Source: Sphingobacteriales bacterium JAD_PAG50586_3
GTDB lineage: Bacteria; Bacteroidota; Bacteroidia; CAMBQF01
DNA length: 64,000 bases
Reading direction: 5' to 3'
NCBI GenBank assembly: GCA_023213195.1
Contig: CP096135.1
Span: forward strand, 248,126-312,125
Part shown: positions 20,791-33,752 of the stretch, piece by piece
How the letters are laid out: each line of letters opens with the position of its first letter
Position numbering within the stretch: position 1 is the stretch's first letter
Translations under genes and position numbers: made by a program
The notes under the pieces: generated by a model
The model's database searches: none
Told to the model about the DNA's origin: nothing
What the model saw: the letters and a program-made list of their open reading frames with translations, nothing else

Positions 20791-23700
20791 ATGCAGATGG
20801 AACGATTAAAAGAATTGTTGGTAACCAACTGGGCGATTAATAACCGCACCAGTGTGTATGTGCTTACCATCATTATATCTTTAGCGGGGTTGTTTGTTTT
20901 TAACACCATTCCTAAAGAGCAGTTTCCTGATATTGTTGTACCAACCATATCAGTAGTTACCATATACCCCGGCGCTACACCCGAGGATATTGAAAACCTT
21001 ATTACCAAGCCTATTGAAAAGCAATTAAAATCGGTATCGGGTATTAAAAAAGTAACCAGCACATCTATACAAGACGTGTCTATTATTACCGCAGAATTTG
21101 CTACCAACCAAAAGGTACCTGAGTGTAAGCTTAAAGTATCTGACGCGGTTGATAAGGCAAAGAGCGATTTACCATCAGACCTTGATAACGACCCGCAGGT
21201 GCAGGAGTTTGATTTTTCTGAGTTCCCTATTATGAACATCAACATATCGGGAGATATTCCATTAGACAGGCTTAAAAAATATGCCGAAGATTTGGAAGAT
21301 AAGATTGAGGGCCTGCCCGAAATTACCCGTGTTGACATTGTAGGTGGCTTAGACCGCGAAATACAGGTTAATGTAGACTTGTATAAAATGCAAGCTGCCG
21401 GTATTACCTTTAATGATATTGAAGCATCTGTAGGCAGGGAGAACGTAAATATCTCTGGTGGCGACATTCGTATAGACGACCAACGCCGTAGCCTACGTGT
21501 TACCGGCCAGTTTAAAAACCCTAAAGATATTGAGAACATTATTGTACGCTCTTTCCAGGGCACAACAGTGTTTTTACGTGATATTGCTACCGTTACCGAT
21601 GGCTATAAAGAAAAACAAGACTTTGCCCGTTTAGACCGTAAAACGGTTATCAGCATGAACGTTATTAAACGCTCGGGCGAAAACCTTATTGCTGCATCAG
21701 ACAAAATACAGGATATCATTCAGGAGTTTAAGGCAACCAAATTCCCCGCAGGGTTAGAGGTTACCATTACCGGAGACCAGTCTGACAATACCCGTGTATC
21801 TATTGCCGACCTTATCAATACCATTATCATTGGCTTTACGCTGGTACTTATAGTACTGATGTTTTTTATGGGCCTTAGCAACGCGTTTTTGTGGCGTTGG
21901 CCGTACCATTATCATCACTTATCGCCTTCTTATTCCTTCCGGGGTTAGACTATACGCTAAACGTAATTGTACTATTCTCTTTCTTACTGGCGCTGGGTAT
22001 TATTGTTGACGATGCCATTGTGGTAATAGAAAATACCCACCGTATTTACAACAAGTACGACTTTAATGTTGTGCAGGCTGCCAAATACGCCGCAGGCGAG
22101 GTATTTATACCTGTATTAGCCGGTACGCTAACAACCATTGCACCGTTCTTCCCGCTGCTATTTTGGCCGGGTATAGCGGGCGAGTTTATGGGCAAGCTAC
22201 CTGTAACACTTATCATAACCCTGGGCGCATCGTTATTTGTGGCCTTTATAATGAACCCTGTTTTTGCCGTGTCGTTTATGAAAAAAGGCGACCATGCAGA
22301 ACTACCACCAATGCGCAGCTTATACCGCAACCTTATAATATTTGGTGTAATAGCTGTATTTGCCTTTTTAGCCGGCGGCTATGGCTTTGGCAACTTTATG
22401 TTGTTTATGATTGTAATGGCTGTTTTATACCACTTTGTATTAACCCGCGCCATAAAATCATTCCAGGAAAAAGCATGGCCAAAAATTATTAATGGCTACC
22501 GCAAAGTGTTGGTTGTATTTGTAAAAGGCTACAGGCCTATTGCAATTGTAGCCGTTACATTTATTGCAACCATAATTACCATTGCTGCATACTTTGAGCT
22601 CTGAGCCAAGGGTAGAGTTTTTCCCCAGCGGCGACCCTAATTTTGCCTACGTTTACATACAGGCACCGCTTGGTACCGATGCTGAGGTTACCGACTCTAT
22701 TACCCGGATAGCCGAGAAAAAAGTTTACGAGGTATTGGGCGAAGACAACCCTAACGTAACATCTATTATTGCCAACGTTGGCCTTAACGCCGGCGACCCG
22801 CAAAAGCCCGACCGTGTTGCCACGCCATACAAAGGCAAGGTTACCGTAGCCTTTGTTAAATATTCTGACCGTCATGATTTTAATACCGGCGAGGCATTAA
22901 ACAACATTCGCGAGAAGTTTAAAAAAGAGCCTATACAGGGTGTTTCTATTTCTGTTGATAAGGAAGCCAACGGCCCACCGGTAGGCAAGCCAGTGAACAT
23001 GGAAATTAGCGGCGATGAGTTTCCGGTGTTGCTTGATTTGCAGGATAAAGTATTTAAAGCAGTAGCCAAGGCTAAAATTGCCGGCATGGAAGAGTTTAAA
23101 AGCGACCTGCAACTTAACAAGCCTGAGATTATTATTGATATAGACAACGAAAAAGCGCAACGCGAAGGTGTTTCTAAAGCACAAATAGGTTTGGATTTAC
23201 GTACCGCTTTGTTTGGCAAAGAAATATCTAAATATAAAGATGCTAACGATGATGCCCCAATACAACTGCGCCTAACCGAAGATTACCGTAAAAAGGTAGA
23301 GCAACTTACCAACCTGCAAATATCTTTTATGGATATGTCAACAGGCCGTTTTAAACAATTGCCACTATCATCAGTAGTTACGGTACGCTACGCCCAATCG
23401 TATAACGGTATTAACCGCAAAAACCAAAAGCGTGTTATATCGCTATCTTCAAACGTAGAAAATGAAGATATGACCAGCAACATTGTGGCCCAGCTAAACG
23501 GTGTTATAAGCACTATTGATGTGCCAGAGGGTTACGAGATTAAAATGACCGGCGCACAAGAAGACCAGAAAGAAACATCAGACTTTTTAGGTGTGGCGTT
23601 TTTAGCAGCCATTTTGTTAATGTTCTTTATCCTGGTTACACAGTTTAACTCGGTAGTTAAGCCTATGCTTATCTTCTCAACCATCTTCTTTAGTTTGATG

Positions 23701-24174
23701 GGTGTGTTCTTAGGCTTTATCATATTTGATTTTAGCTTCTCTATTGTAATGACGGGTGTAGGTATCTTCGCCCTGTCGGGTATCGTTATCCGTAACGGTA
23801 TATTACTTATTGAGTTTATTGATGAGCTACGCCAACGTGGCGAAGATGTTACCAATGCTGTTGTTGATGGTGGCGCTACCCGTTTAACCCCTGTGTTTTT
23901 AACTGCCGTATCGGCTATACTGGGTTTAATACCATTAGCCATTGGTTTAAATATAGATTTTGCAGGCTTGTTTACCCATTTTGAACCTCATTTCCACTTA
24001 GGTGGCGACAACGTTGCTTTTTGGGGCCCACTAGCATGGACCATGATTTTTGGTCTTGTTATAGCAACCTTTTTAACCCTGTTGGTAGTACCAACAATGT
24101 ATATGTTGGCTTACAAAACCAAGTACAAAGTACTTAGCTGGTTTAAGAAAAAGCCCGCTACCGAAATTGAGTAA
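20791..24174 (+). CDS. RND efflux permease (AcrB/AcrD/AcrF family); frame breaks near 21890 and 22595
   Basis: PKEQFPDI, YPGATPEDIE, GIIVDDAIVVIEN, RNGILLIEF, RLTPVFLT. Confidence 0.93.
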
Positions 24175-24206
24175 GTAGTGTTTTCATTAAAGTAGGTTTA
24201 GTAAAT

Positions 24207-24240
24207 AAAAAGGGCTGCATAAATTATGCAGCCCTTTTTT
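24207..24240. terminator. Bidirectional intrinsic terminator
   Basis: aaaaagggctgcataa-a-ttatgcagcccttttt between convergent operons. Confidence 0.85.
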
Positions 24241-24258
24241 ACGTGTTATTTAATACTA

Positions 24259-24732
24259 TCAGTTAACATAAATTTTACTGGTGCTTACATTGTGGCAACT
24301 GTTGCAAGCACCCGTAGTTATAGTTGTGCCCATATACTGTACATCTCCGCTTGTACCCGTAACAGAGGGGTAAAGGCCACCACTAAAATCAATATCTTCA
24401 GTAGTATAAAAATTGCCTTTACTATCTACCTCTACAGTGTATTTAAGTGTACCGGTACCATCTGGCCCGGTGTATAGCTTAACCGTGCCGTTGGGTTGGC
24501 CGCTGGTAAAGGCTGCATTGTATACAGTGCCGGCAACATTAAACCAGCCCTCGCCCTGGCCACCGTTCTTATGGCAGTTCATACAGTTTTGGCCCATGTT
24601 ATGGCTGTCGTCATCGCCATGGCGCGATATATTGGTTTCGTTGCCTTCGCCTTCTTTTTCGCAGCTTTGGGTAAACACCATTGCACTAAAAAGCGCAGCC
24701 AGCATTGCCATTGTAATTAACTTGTTTTTCAT
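24259..24732 (-). CDS. Lipoprotein with two CxxCH (c-type haem) motifs flanking an Ig-like segment
   Basis: Lipobox TQSC; HNMGQNCMNCH and CNSCH. Confidence 0.8.
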   Translation of the reverse strand: MKNKLITMAMLAALFSAMVFTQSCEKEGEGNETNISRHGDDDSHNMGQNCMNCHKNGGQGEGWFNVAGTVYNAAFTSGQPNGTVKLYTGPDGTGTLKYTVEVDSKGNFYTTEDIDFSGGLYPSVTGTSGDVQYMGTTITTGACNSCHNVSTSKIYVN

Positions 24733-24776
24733 GATTTCTATTTTTAAAATTGATAGTTGCTTGTTGTAAAAATTAT

Positions 24777-25907
24777 TTATTCTGATTTATTCTTTAAAAT
24801 CAATAATAACTGATAAGCCCCTTGTGTGGCGCAGGTATAAGCGCTAATATTTTGGGTTTTATCTACCGGTACAATCTCTGTAAAGCCCCCTTCGCTGCTG
24901 CCGGTTTTAACCTCTAACAAATCAAACTGATAGGTAGATTTTTGTACAAATACATATTGCTTATTTTCAAACTCTACAATAGCATCGTTTGGCAAAGCCA
25001 ACGCATCGGCCTTTTTAACCTCCACATCGGCATTCATATACATTCCCGGTATAAGGCTTTTGTCGTACTCTTCAAAATGGCAGTGTACCTCCACATTGCG
25101 TTCGGCAGATAGGCTTTTACCTATTAAAATTACCTCGCAGGCATATTTTTTATCGGCATTGTTTGTGTATGCAAATACCTTTTGGCCTATGCTAAACTTA
25201 TCAAGGTCTTTTTCAAACACCGTTAGGTTAAGGTGAATATCGGTAGGGTTTACCAGTTCAAACAACACATCGGCAGGGTTTACATACTTACCAATATTTA
25301 CGTTTACTTTAGACACAAAACCATCTATAGGCGAGTACACATTAATACCACGCGAAAGGGTATTTTCATTAAGGTTATCAGGGTTAATGCTTATAAGCTT
25401 GAGTTTTTCGTATAACGATTTTATTAAAATTTTCTGCGATTTATAGTCGGCTTCGGCCTGCTGAAAAACCTTATCGCTACTGGCTTTAGAGGCATTCAAA
25501 TCTTTCTGCCTAAAGTATTCAGCCTCTAAAAACTTAAACCGGGCCTGCGCGTTAAGGTAGTCTTGCTGTAGTTGAATGTATTGCTGGTCTTCCATTACCG
25601 CAATAACATCGCCCTTGCCAATATGCATGCCGGGCAGCAGTTTGGTGCTTTTTAAATACCCACCCATAGGCACACTAACAGATACCATGTTTTGCGGTGG
25701 CACATCTATAACCCCATTTACCTTTAATATTGATGAAAGCCCCATAATTTGGGCTTTGCCTGTTTGTATACCCGCGTTGTTTGCTTGCGCCCGGGTAATG
25801 GTAACCGAGGTTTTATTTGGGTTGTTAGCGGGTTCTTCTTTTGTTTGCCCGGCCCCGCCGCAGGCAGCTAACAATACTGTAGCTATATAAATTATATACT
25901 TGTTCAT
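24777..25907 (-). CDS. CusB/CzcB-type RND periplasmic adaptor
   Basis: Lipobox LAAC, VPPQNMVSVSVPMGGY, QLQQDYL, SPIDGFV, LIPGMY. Confidence 0.9.
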   Translation of the reverse strand: MNKYIIYIATVLLAACGGAGQTKEEPANNPNKTSVTITRAQANNAGIQTGKAQIMGLSSILKVNGVIDVPPQNMVSVSVPMGGYLKSTKLLPGMHIGKGDVIAVMEDQQYIQLQQDYLNAQARFKFLEAEYFRQKDLNASKASSDKVFQQAEADYKSQKILIKSLYEKLKLISINPDNLNENTLSRGINVYSPIDGFVSKVNVNIGKYVNPADVLFELVNPTDIHLNLTVFEKDLDKFSIGQKVFAYTNNADKKYACEVILIGKSLSAERNVEVHCHFEEYDKSLIPGMYMNADVEVKKADALALPNDAIVEFENKQYVFVQKSTYQFDLLEVKTGSSEGGFTEIVPVDKTQNISAYTCATQGAYQLLLILKNKSE

Positions 25908-25912
25908 GTTGT

Positions 25913-28900
25913 TTACTTGTTTGTTAGCGTGTTTAACTCTATAACACTAAGGTTTAGCGCCTTTACCGCATCTAGGTAATCGCTTTGTGTGCCTATTGCC
26001 TGGTTTATAAGCATTACCCACTCTAAATAGTTAATATCGCCGTTTTGCAACTGTGCATTTGCCGTATTTATAATTGTGTCGGCATAGCCCAAGGCATTAT
26101 TTTCATAATAATCTACCGCCAGCTTGCTCCTTGCATAGTTGGTTATGGCCTAGCTATAGGTTGTTTGTAAAGCCGCCATGCCTGCTAAGGTAGTTACTTT
26201 GCGCCAACTGCCTGTCTATTTTAAGCGCGCCTATTTTTGCCTTTTGTGCACCAAAAAACAAGGGTATGCCCAAACCAAACTGCGCAGACTGGAATCTGTA
26301 AGCCGTTGTATATGCATTATTATCGGCACCTATACCGCGTATGCTCATATTGCTGTAGCCCAAACTAATATCGGGCAGCAAAGCCGCTTTTTCTGTTTTT
26401 AACCGGTATAGACTAACCTGCTGCTGTTGCTTTAAATAACCCGCCAATGGGTGTTGTTGCAAAGCACTACTATCTGCCAACACAGGGGTGCAATTTTAAA
26501 TTGGGGCGATGCAGGCACGTAGCTAACCTGTGTATTTAACAGGTAATTAAACTGCTTTTGTAGTATATCATAATCTTGCTGCAACTGGCTAAGTTGCAGG
26601 CTTACTTTGCCTTTTAAATTATCGGCAGTAGTTTTTTCCAGTATGTTACTTTCGCCTTTGTTAAAGCGCTTGGTACTCTTATCTAAAAACCCGGTAAATA
26701 AACTATCGGCACGCTGCAACAACAGTTTTTTCTGGCTCAGGAATAACAACTCGTAAAACACGGTTGAAACCTGCTTTTTCAAATCATTCTGTTTAATAGC
26801 AACCAACAGTTGCCCGCCTTTATACTCCTGGTTAAGCAACTGCTTTTGCGCGGTGTATACCGTTGGAAATTTTATGGTTTGTGAAATGCCAAAGCGGGTA
26901 TCGGTATACACACTGTTTAGCTGCCCATAATCGCCGCTAATAGTGGTAGGCTGTATGTTCCATGCGGTACCTTTTAGCTTATCCAAATAATCAACCTGCA
27001 AATTTTGGGCGCGTAAGGCCTGGTTATTTTTCAAAGCCGTATCTACCGCAGCCTGCAACAGTATTGTTTGCTGCCCATAGCCCGGTGTTGCAACCAAGCC
27101 CAAAAATGCAACAGCTACCATGCCGGCTACTGCATGCTTTTTAACTTTAAACCCTGTTTCAAACAAAATGTATAGCACAGGCAGCACAAAAAGTGTTAAC
27201 AGTGTAGCCAGCAACAAGCCGCCTATAACAACTGTTGCCAGTGGGCGCTGCACCTCTGCCCCTGCCCCGTTGCTTAGCGCCATGGGCAAAAAGCCTAACG
27301 ATGCTACAAAGGCTGTCATTAACACAGGGCGCAGCCTAACTTTGGTGCCCTGCGTAACAATGCGTTTAACATCATTCATTCCTTCGGCACGCAAACGGTT
27401 AAACTCTGCAATAAGTACAATACCATTAAGCACAGCTACGCCAAACAAGGCAATAAAACCTATACCCGCAGATATGCTAAACGGCATACCGCGCAAGGCT
27501 AAGGCAAATACGCCCCCTATGGCAGATAGCGGAATAGCCGTGTAAATAAGCAAGCCCTGCTTTATTGAACCAAAGGCAAAATACAGCATAAGAAATATTA
27601 GCAATAGCGATATGGGCACAGCAATGCTTAAGCGCTTTTTGGCAGCGTTAAGGTTTTCAAAAGCCCCGCCATAATCTATACGGTAGCCCTTAGGTAGCAT
27701 TAGCTCTTTGTCAACCTTAGCCTGCAATTCTGTAACAATGCTTTGCACATCGCGCCCGCGCACATTAAAACCAACTACTATGCGCCTTTTGGCTCCCTCT
27801 CTTTGTATTTGGTTTGGGCCTTCAATACTTACAATTTTTGCTAACTGGTAAAGCGGTATTTGTGTGCCTTGTGGCGTTGGTATTAAAAGGTTTTCTACAT
27901 CGCTTATATTGTTGCGCTTTTCGCCCTGCAGGCGCACAACCATATCAAAACGTTTTTCGCCTTCAAACACCAAGCCCGCGCTTTGCCCGGCAAATGCCGT
28001 ATTTATTACCTTGTTTATGCTACTAATGTTAAGGCCATATTGCGCTATGGCAGGCCTGTTATATGTTATTATAATTTGCGGCATGCCGCCAACAGGCTCT
28101 ACAAACACATCTTTTGCGCCATTAATAGTTGCTGCGGTAGCGCCCAATTTTTTAGCAAACAGGGTAAGGCTATCCATATCGTCGCCAAAAATTTTACATA
28201 CCACATCTTGCCTTGCACCAGTCATTAACTCGTTAAAACGCATTTGCACAGGGTATTGAAAACCCGTTGTTAACCCCGGAACAGCCTCCAGCTCTTTACT
28301 CATTTTATCTGCCAGTTCATTAAACGTTTGGGCCGATGTCCATTCGCTCTTATCCTTTAAAATAATCATCATGTCTGATGCATCTATGGGCATAGGGTCT
28401 GTAGGAATTTCGCCACTGCCGGTTTTGGTTACTACTTTTACTACCTCAGGAAATTTTTGGAGTAGTATATGTGATGCTTTTTGAGTAGCCTCTATATTTA
28501 CCGAAAGGTTAGTACCGGTTGACAAACGGCACTCTACGGCAAAATCGCCTTCTTCTAAACTGGGTATAAACTCGCCACCCAAAAAGGTTAGCGTTATAAC
28601 TGCCCCAACAAACAGAGCAATAGTAGCAGCCACTATTGTTTTGGGAAAATTAAGCACACGGATGAGTACATTTTGGTAGAAATACTCTATCCCATTCATC
28701 ATTTTGTCTGACAATGTTTTTTTATGACTTATTTTTTTGCTTAAAAACAAGGCACTAAAAGCAGGTATATAGGTAAGCGACAATATAAATGCACCCAACA
28801 ATGCAAAGGCAACAGTTTGCGCCATGGGCTTAAACATTTTACCCTCTATACCCTGTAAGGTGAATATTGGCAAATACACTATAAGTATTATTACTTGCCC

Positions 28901-30261
28901 AAACACAGCACTATTCATCATACGTCCCGCCGATTGGTTTACCTCTTTATCCATATCGGCCTGGGTTAGCTTATTTATGTGGCTAAATTTTTTGCTATGG
29001 CTAAGCGTGTGCATTACCGCTTCTACAATAATTACAGCCCCATCTACAATAAGCCCAAAATCTAATGCCCCCAAGCTCATCAGGTTGCCGCTAACGCCAA
29101 AAAGATTCATCATAATTATTGCAAACAGCATTGCCAGTGGTATTACTGATGCTACCAGCAAACCGGCCCTAAAATTGCCCAAGAAGAGTACCAATATAAA
29201 AATCACAATTAAGGCACCCTCCATCAGGTTTTTTCTACCGTGCCAATGGCGTTATTAACCATTTTGGTGCGGTCTAAAAAAGGCTCTAGAACAACCCCTT
29301 TGGGTAAATCTTTTTGTATTATGGCTATGCGTGCTTTAACATCTTTAATAACGCTGCTGCTGTTGCCGCCCTTAACCATCATTACCACACCTCCGGCAAC
29401 CTCGCCCACATCGTTATAACACAAAGCCCCGTAGCGGGTAGCGTTTCCAAAGCCAACACGGGCTACATCGCGAATAAAAAGCGGTGTGCCATTAGCAGTA
29501 CTTTTTACCTGTATATTTTCTATATCGGCAAGGCTGCCCACTAACCCTTCGGTGCGTATATACTGCACCATTGGGCCTTTTTCAATATAGGCACCGCCGG
29601 TGTTTTGGTTATTATTTTCCAGGGCGGCAAAAATATCGGCAATGGTTACCCCGTAAGATTTTAGCATATCAGGATTTACCGCTATTTCGTATTGCTTTAA
29701 CTTGCCACCAAAGCTGCTAATATCGGCCACACCCGGCACACCCAATAGTTGCTTGCGCACCACCCAATCTTGAATGGTGCGTAGTTCTGTTGCATCATAC
29801 TTATTTTCGTACCCCTTTTCAGGTCTTACTACATACTGGTAAATCTCGCCCAAGCCTGTAGTTACGGGGCCCATTTCGGGCAGTGCCACACCGGGCGGCA
29901 TAAGCGGTTGCACCTTTACCAAGCGCTCACCAACCTGCTGGCGTGCCCAGTAAACATCAACATCATCATTAAACACCAGTGTTACTACCGATAGCCCAAA
30001 GCGAGAAAAGCTGCGCATTTCTATAAGGCCCGGTATGTTTGCATTTGCCTGTTCTATAGGGTAAGTAATTAGCCTTTCTATATCTGTTGCGCCCATGGCC
30101 GGGGCTACAGCTATTACCTGCACCTGGTTGTTGGTAATATCGGGCACAGCATCTATAGGTAAACGGGTTACCTGATAGCTGCCATAGCCAATAAGGGCCA
30201 CAACAAACAGGGCAATTATCAGTTTATTAGCAACTGAAAATTGAATTATCCTGTTTAGCAT
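25913..30261 (-). CDS. CusA/CzcA heavy-metal RND transporter fused to C-terminal TolC-like domain; breaks near 29230, 26487, 26187 and TAG at 26150
   Basis: LPIDAVPDITNNQVQV, GALDFGLIVDGAVIIVE, RLRPVLMTA, GAEVQRPLATVVIGG, then TolC-like tail ending GDINYLEWV...NTLTNK*. Confidence 0.92.
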
Positions 30262-30263
30262 GA

Positions 30264-30746
30264 TTAGTCTTCGTCTTGGTGCTTAGTATCAGCGGGTGTT
30301 ACAGTGCCCCCGGCAATTTCTGTATGGCGTATTTGCCCACCATAATAGCCCGCCCTTGCCATTGCCGCAAATGCTAAAACAGTTAAAACGGTACAGGCTA
30401 TAAAAAGGCTTTTGCGCATGGGTAGCTTACGCAGGCTGAAAAACAAGAAAACACCACATACCAAACCGGCGGCCAGTGTTAGTATTAAGGCAGGTTTTGC
30501 AGCATCTTCATGCACCTCCAACGCTGTTTCGGTTATACCGGGTATATTTTCTACGGTTTCTTCGGCACTTTCGCCGGTGGTGTTTACTACTACAGCACTT
30601 AGGGCCAGTACTACTACCAGGCCTGCTGCAAAATCTTTAAACTTTGGGTTGTTTTTTATTATGGCCCAAACCATTATTACGCTTGCTATTAACGTACCAA
30701 TTATAGGTAGGTGGTTTAGCAGCAAATGAATGTGAGTTGCGTTCAT
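30264..30746 (-). CDS. His-containing four-TM membrane protein (DUF2231-like)
   Basis: HIHLLLNHLP, TGESAEE, HED, GGQIRHTEI; four hydrophobic stretches. Confidence 0.7.
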   Translation of the reverse strand: MNATHIHLLLNHLPIIGTLIASVIMVWAIIKNNPKFKDFAAGLVVVLALSAVVVNTTGESAEETVENIPGITETALEVHEDAAKPALILTLAAGLVCGVFLFFSLRKLPMRKSLFIACTVLTVLAFAAMARAGYYGGQIRHTEIAGGTVTPADTKHQDED

Positions 30747-30832
30747 TGCTAATATTTTATGTTGTTAATTTTTGAATTACCGCATGCGCGGCAACAGACT
30801 ACCAAACTATTGGTAATAGGTACAAGAAAATA

Positions 30833-31216
30833 TTAGCAAACTTTTGGCGGTTGCCAAATGGTAGATAGGTACTGCGATGAAACAATAGTTTCATCAATTA
30901 AAATATGGCTTATAAAAGAATTTTCTTCAGGATTAAAACTAACCTTATTGCTAACCACCGGCAATGCATTGGTAACCATGGCTACAGAATGGTCTAAGGT
31001 TTTAAAGGGCAACTGCATGTCTCGCTTATAATCCGCATCCTTATCATCACCATTAAAATAATGCTTACTGATAAAAGTGGTAAAACTAAGCTCTTTGTTT
31101 GTTTGCTTATGCTCGAAAAAATGCTGCACCAACACCGGCAGTTTAAGCAACTGGTGCAGTGGCGTGGCCGAAAAAAGCACGGTAACTAAAAACAATATGG
31201 GAACAATCTTTTTCAA
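30833..31216 (-). CDS. His-rich protein typical of Bacteroidota czc/cus operon leaders
   Basis: HQLLKLPVLVQHFFEHK...HY...DMQLPFK...IWQPPK; TAATTTTG promoter element just upstream of TTG start. Confidence 0.75.
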   Translation of the reverse strand: MKKIVPILFLVTVLFSATPLHQLLKLPVLVQHFFEHKQTNKELSFTTFISKHYFNGDDKDADYKRDMQLPFKTLDHSVAMVTNALPVVSNKVSFNPEENSFISHILIDETIVSSQYLSTIWQPPKVC

Positions 31217-31295
31217 CTACAACAAAATTAGATTTTGCAATTATGTAAAGCAAGGGCAACCTCAAATTCAGAATGCTTATAAATAGACAAAAAAA

Positions 31296-31323
31296 TAGCC
31301 CGATAGTTTAAACTTCGGGCTAT
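31296..31323 (-). terminator. Terminator after recQ
   Basis: atagcccga...tcgggctat hairpin with A-run on plus strand. Confidence 0.6.
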
Positions 31324-31344
31324 CAATAATTAATATGGTTAAGG

Positions 31345-33557
31345 TTAGTTACCTAAATCGCTAATAAATTTAAGGCGTACTATAGGCGCAACTCTTCGCT
31401 GCTATAGGTTTCTTCACCAAACTCTTCAACAGCATCTTCAATACTATCTGTTTCGGCCGTGCGGAAGAAATCAAAAATTTCTTTTTGCTCTTCTTCGCCC
31501 AACAACTCGTTAAGGTAGTAGTTAAGGTCTAGCTTGGTGCCAGATGATACGATGCTTTCCATCTCGGTAATCAACTCGTCAGGTGTAACACCTTTAGCCT
31601 CACATATATCTTCCAAAGGCAACTTGCGGTCTACGCTTTGAATGATGTACACTTTTAGGCCCGACTTGTTTACTACCGATTTTACAACCATATCTTGCGG
31701 GCGGTGGATATCGTTATCCTCCACATACTTTTTGATAAGGTCTACAAACGGTTTGCCGAACTTTTGGGCTTTACCCGCGCCAACACCGCTTATGTTTTTC
31801 ATTTCTTCCAGCGTTACAGGGTATTGGATAGTCATATCCTCTAACGATGGGTCTTGAAACACCACATAAGGTGGCACGTTGTTTTGCTTAGCAATTTTTT
31901 TGCGTAAGTCTTTTAATAGTGTAAACAGGGCATCGTCAGAAGCACCACCACCGGCTTGTCCGCCTGCGGCATCAGCGCCTTCTTCGTCTTTGTCTGTCTC
32001 GTCAAAATTCTGGTCCTTTGTCAACATAATAGAATAAGGTTTATCCAAGTATTCTTTTCCCTTTTCAGTAACTTTTAATATTCCGTAATTCTCAATTTCT
32101 TTAGCAAGGAAGCCTAACACAGCAGCCTGGCGGATAACAGCCATCCAGTGGCGTTCTCCTTCTTCCATGCCTTTGCCAAAAACTTCCAGTTCGTGGTGCT
32201 TGTATTGCTTAATAGCAGTGTTGGTGTTACCAACCAATACATTGGCCACGTGCCTGTCTTTAAATTTTTCTTTAACGGCTAAAACGGCTTCAATAACATC
32301 ACAAATCGCGTCTTCGCCCTCAAAGGGTGTTTTGGGGTTACGGCAGTTATCGCACATGCCGTTACAGCCCTGTTCATCAAATTCTTCGCCAAAGTAATGC
32401 AAAACTATCTTACGTCTGCAATTAGAACTTTCGGCATAGGCTACTGTTTCTGATATCAATTGCATCCCAATCTCTTGTTCAGCAACGGGTTTGCCCTTTA
32501 AAAATTTTTCTAATTTTTGTATATCATCGTAGCTATAAAAGGTAATACAGTTGCCTTCGCCACCATCGCGGCCCGCCCTACCGGTCTCCTGGTAGTACCC
32601 TTCTAAGCTTTTCGGAATTTCGTGGTGGATAACAAAACGAACATCGGGCTTATCTATACCCATACCAAAGGCAATAGTAGCTACAATAACCTGTATATCT
32701 TCCATCAGGAACTTATCCTGCGTTTCGGGCCTTGTTTTAGCATCTAAACCCGCATGGTATGGCAGGGCTTTAATACCGTTAGCCTGTAACAGGGCGGCAA
32801 GCTCTTCTACCTTTTTACGGCTTAAACAGTATATAATGCCGCTTTTGTTGGGGTTTTGTTTAATGTACCTAACAATTTCCTTATCAGCATTAACTTTTGG
32901 CCTTACCTCGTAGTAAAGGTTGCTGCGGTTAAATGATGATTTGTATACCTGAGCCTTTTGCATGCCCAGGTTTTTCAAAATATCTTGCTGTACTTTTGGT
33001 GTAGCTGTAGCGGTAAGGGCCATAATAGGCACTGTGCCAATGGCCTCTATAATAGAACGCAGGCGACGGTACTCAGGGCGGAAATCGTGCCCCCACTCTG
33101 AAATACAATGGGCCTCGTCTATAGCAAAGAATGAAATTTTTATCTCGCGGAAAAACGCTACGTTCTCTTCTTTGGTTAGCGACTCAGGCGCTACATATAG
33201 CATTTTGGTAAGGCCTGCGGTAATATCGCCCTTAACCTTTTCTATTTCTTTTTTGGTAAGCGATGAATTAAGGAAATGCGCCACCCCGTCTTCGCTACCG
33301 TAGTTACGTATAGCATCAACCTGGTTTTTCATTAACGCAATAAGTGGCGAAACTATAATAGCCGTACCCTCGCTAATAAGGGCTGGCAACTGGTAGCATA
33401 AGCTTTTGCCACCGCCTGTAGGCATAATAACAAAGGTATCGTTACCTGCTAAAATATTGTTTATTACTTCTTCCTGTTGTCCTTTGAACTTGTTGAATCC
33501 AAAATACTGCTGCAAATGCGATGCTAAAGGCACCTCTACTTCTTGTTCAATTAACAT
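31345..33557 (-). CDS. recQ: ATP-dependent DNA helicase RecQ; last ~12 codons out of frame at 31380
   Basis: MPTGGGKS, DEAH, TATA, QETGRAGRDG, RQC CRR..C..CDNC, HRDC; tail VRLKFISDLGN* in shifted frame. Confidence 0.96.
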
Positions 33558-33752
33558 ATATCGTATAATCTCTTGATAATGAGTTAGTTACTCGTTTCCT
33601 CTTACGGAATGTAAAGATATAGAAAAAAACGCTTAAAATCAAAATTATATTAGGTGTTTTGCTCTTCATTTATCCTTGTTGATAATATATACAGCTAAAA
33701 GTCTGCCAAAAAGCTATTTAAAATATATTAGTGCAAAATTTAATGCCAATAA

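Noticed and set aside
20730-21563. Long antisense ORFs (also 53424..54089, 39676..40281 and many shorter)
   Set aside because: Shadows of well-supported genes on the opposite strand, with no recognisable motifs
19439-26152. In-frame TAG where Gln is expected (tolC 19439, cusA 26150), suggesting amber-to-Gln recoding
   Set aside because: Both lie in CTAGG (= CCAGG with C>T), the same motif as eight indel lesions, and TAG is the normal stop of ileS, lspA and genes ending at 8572, 13720 and 51420
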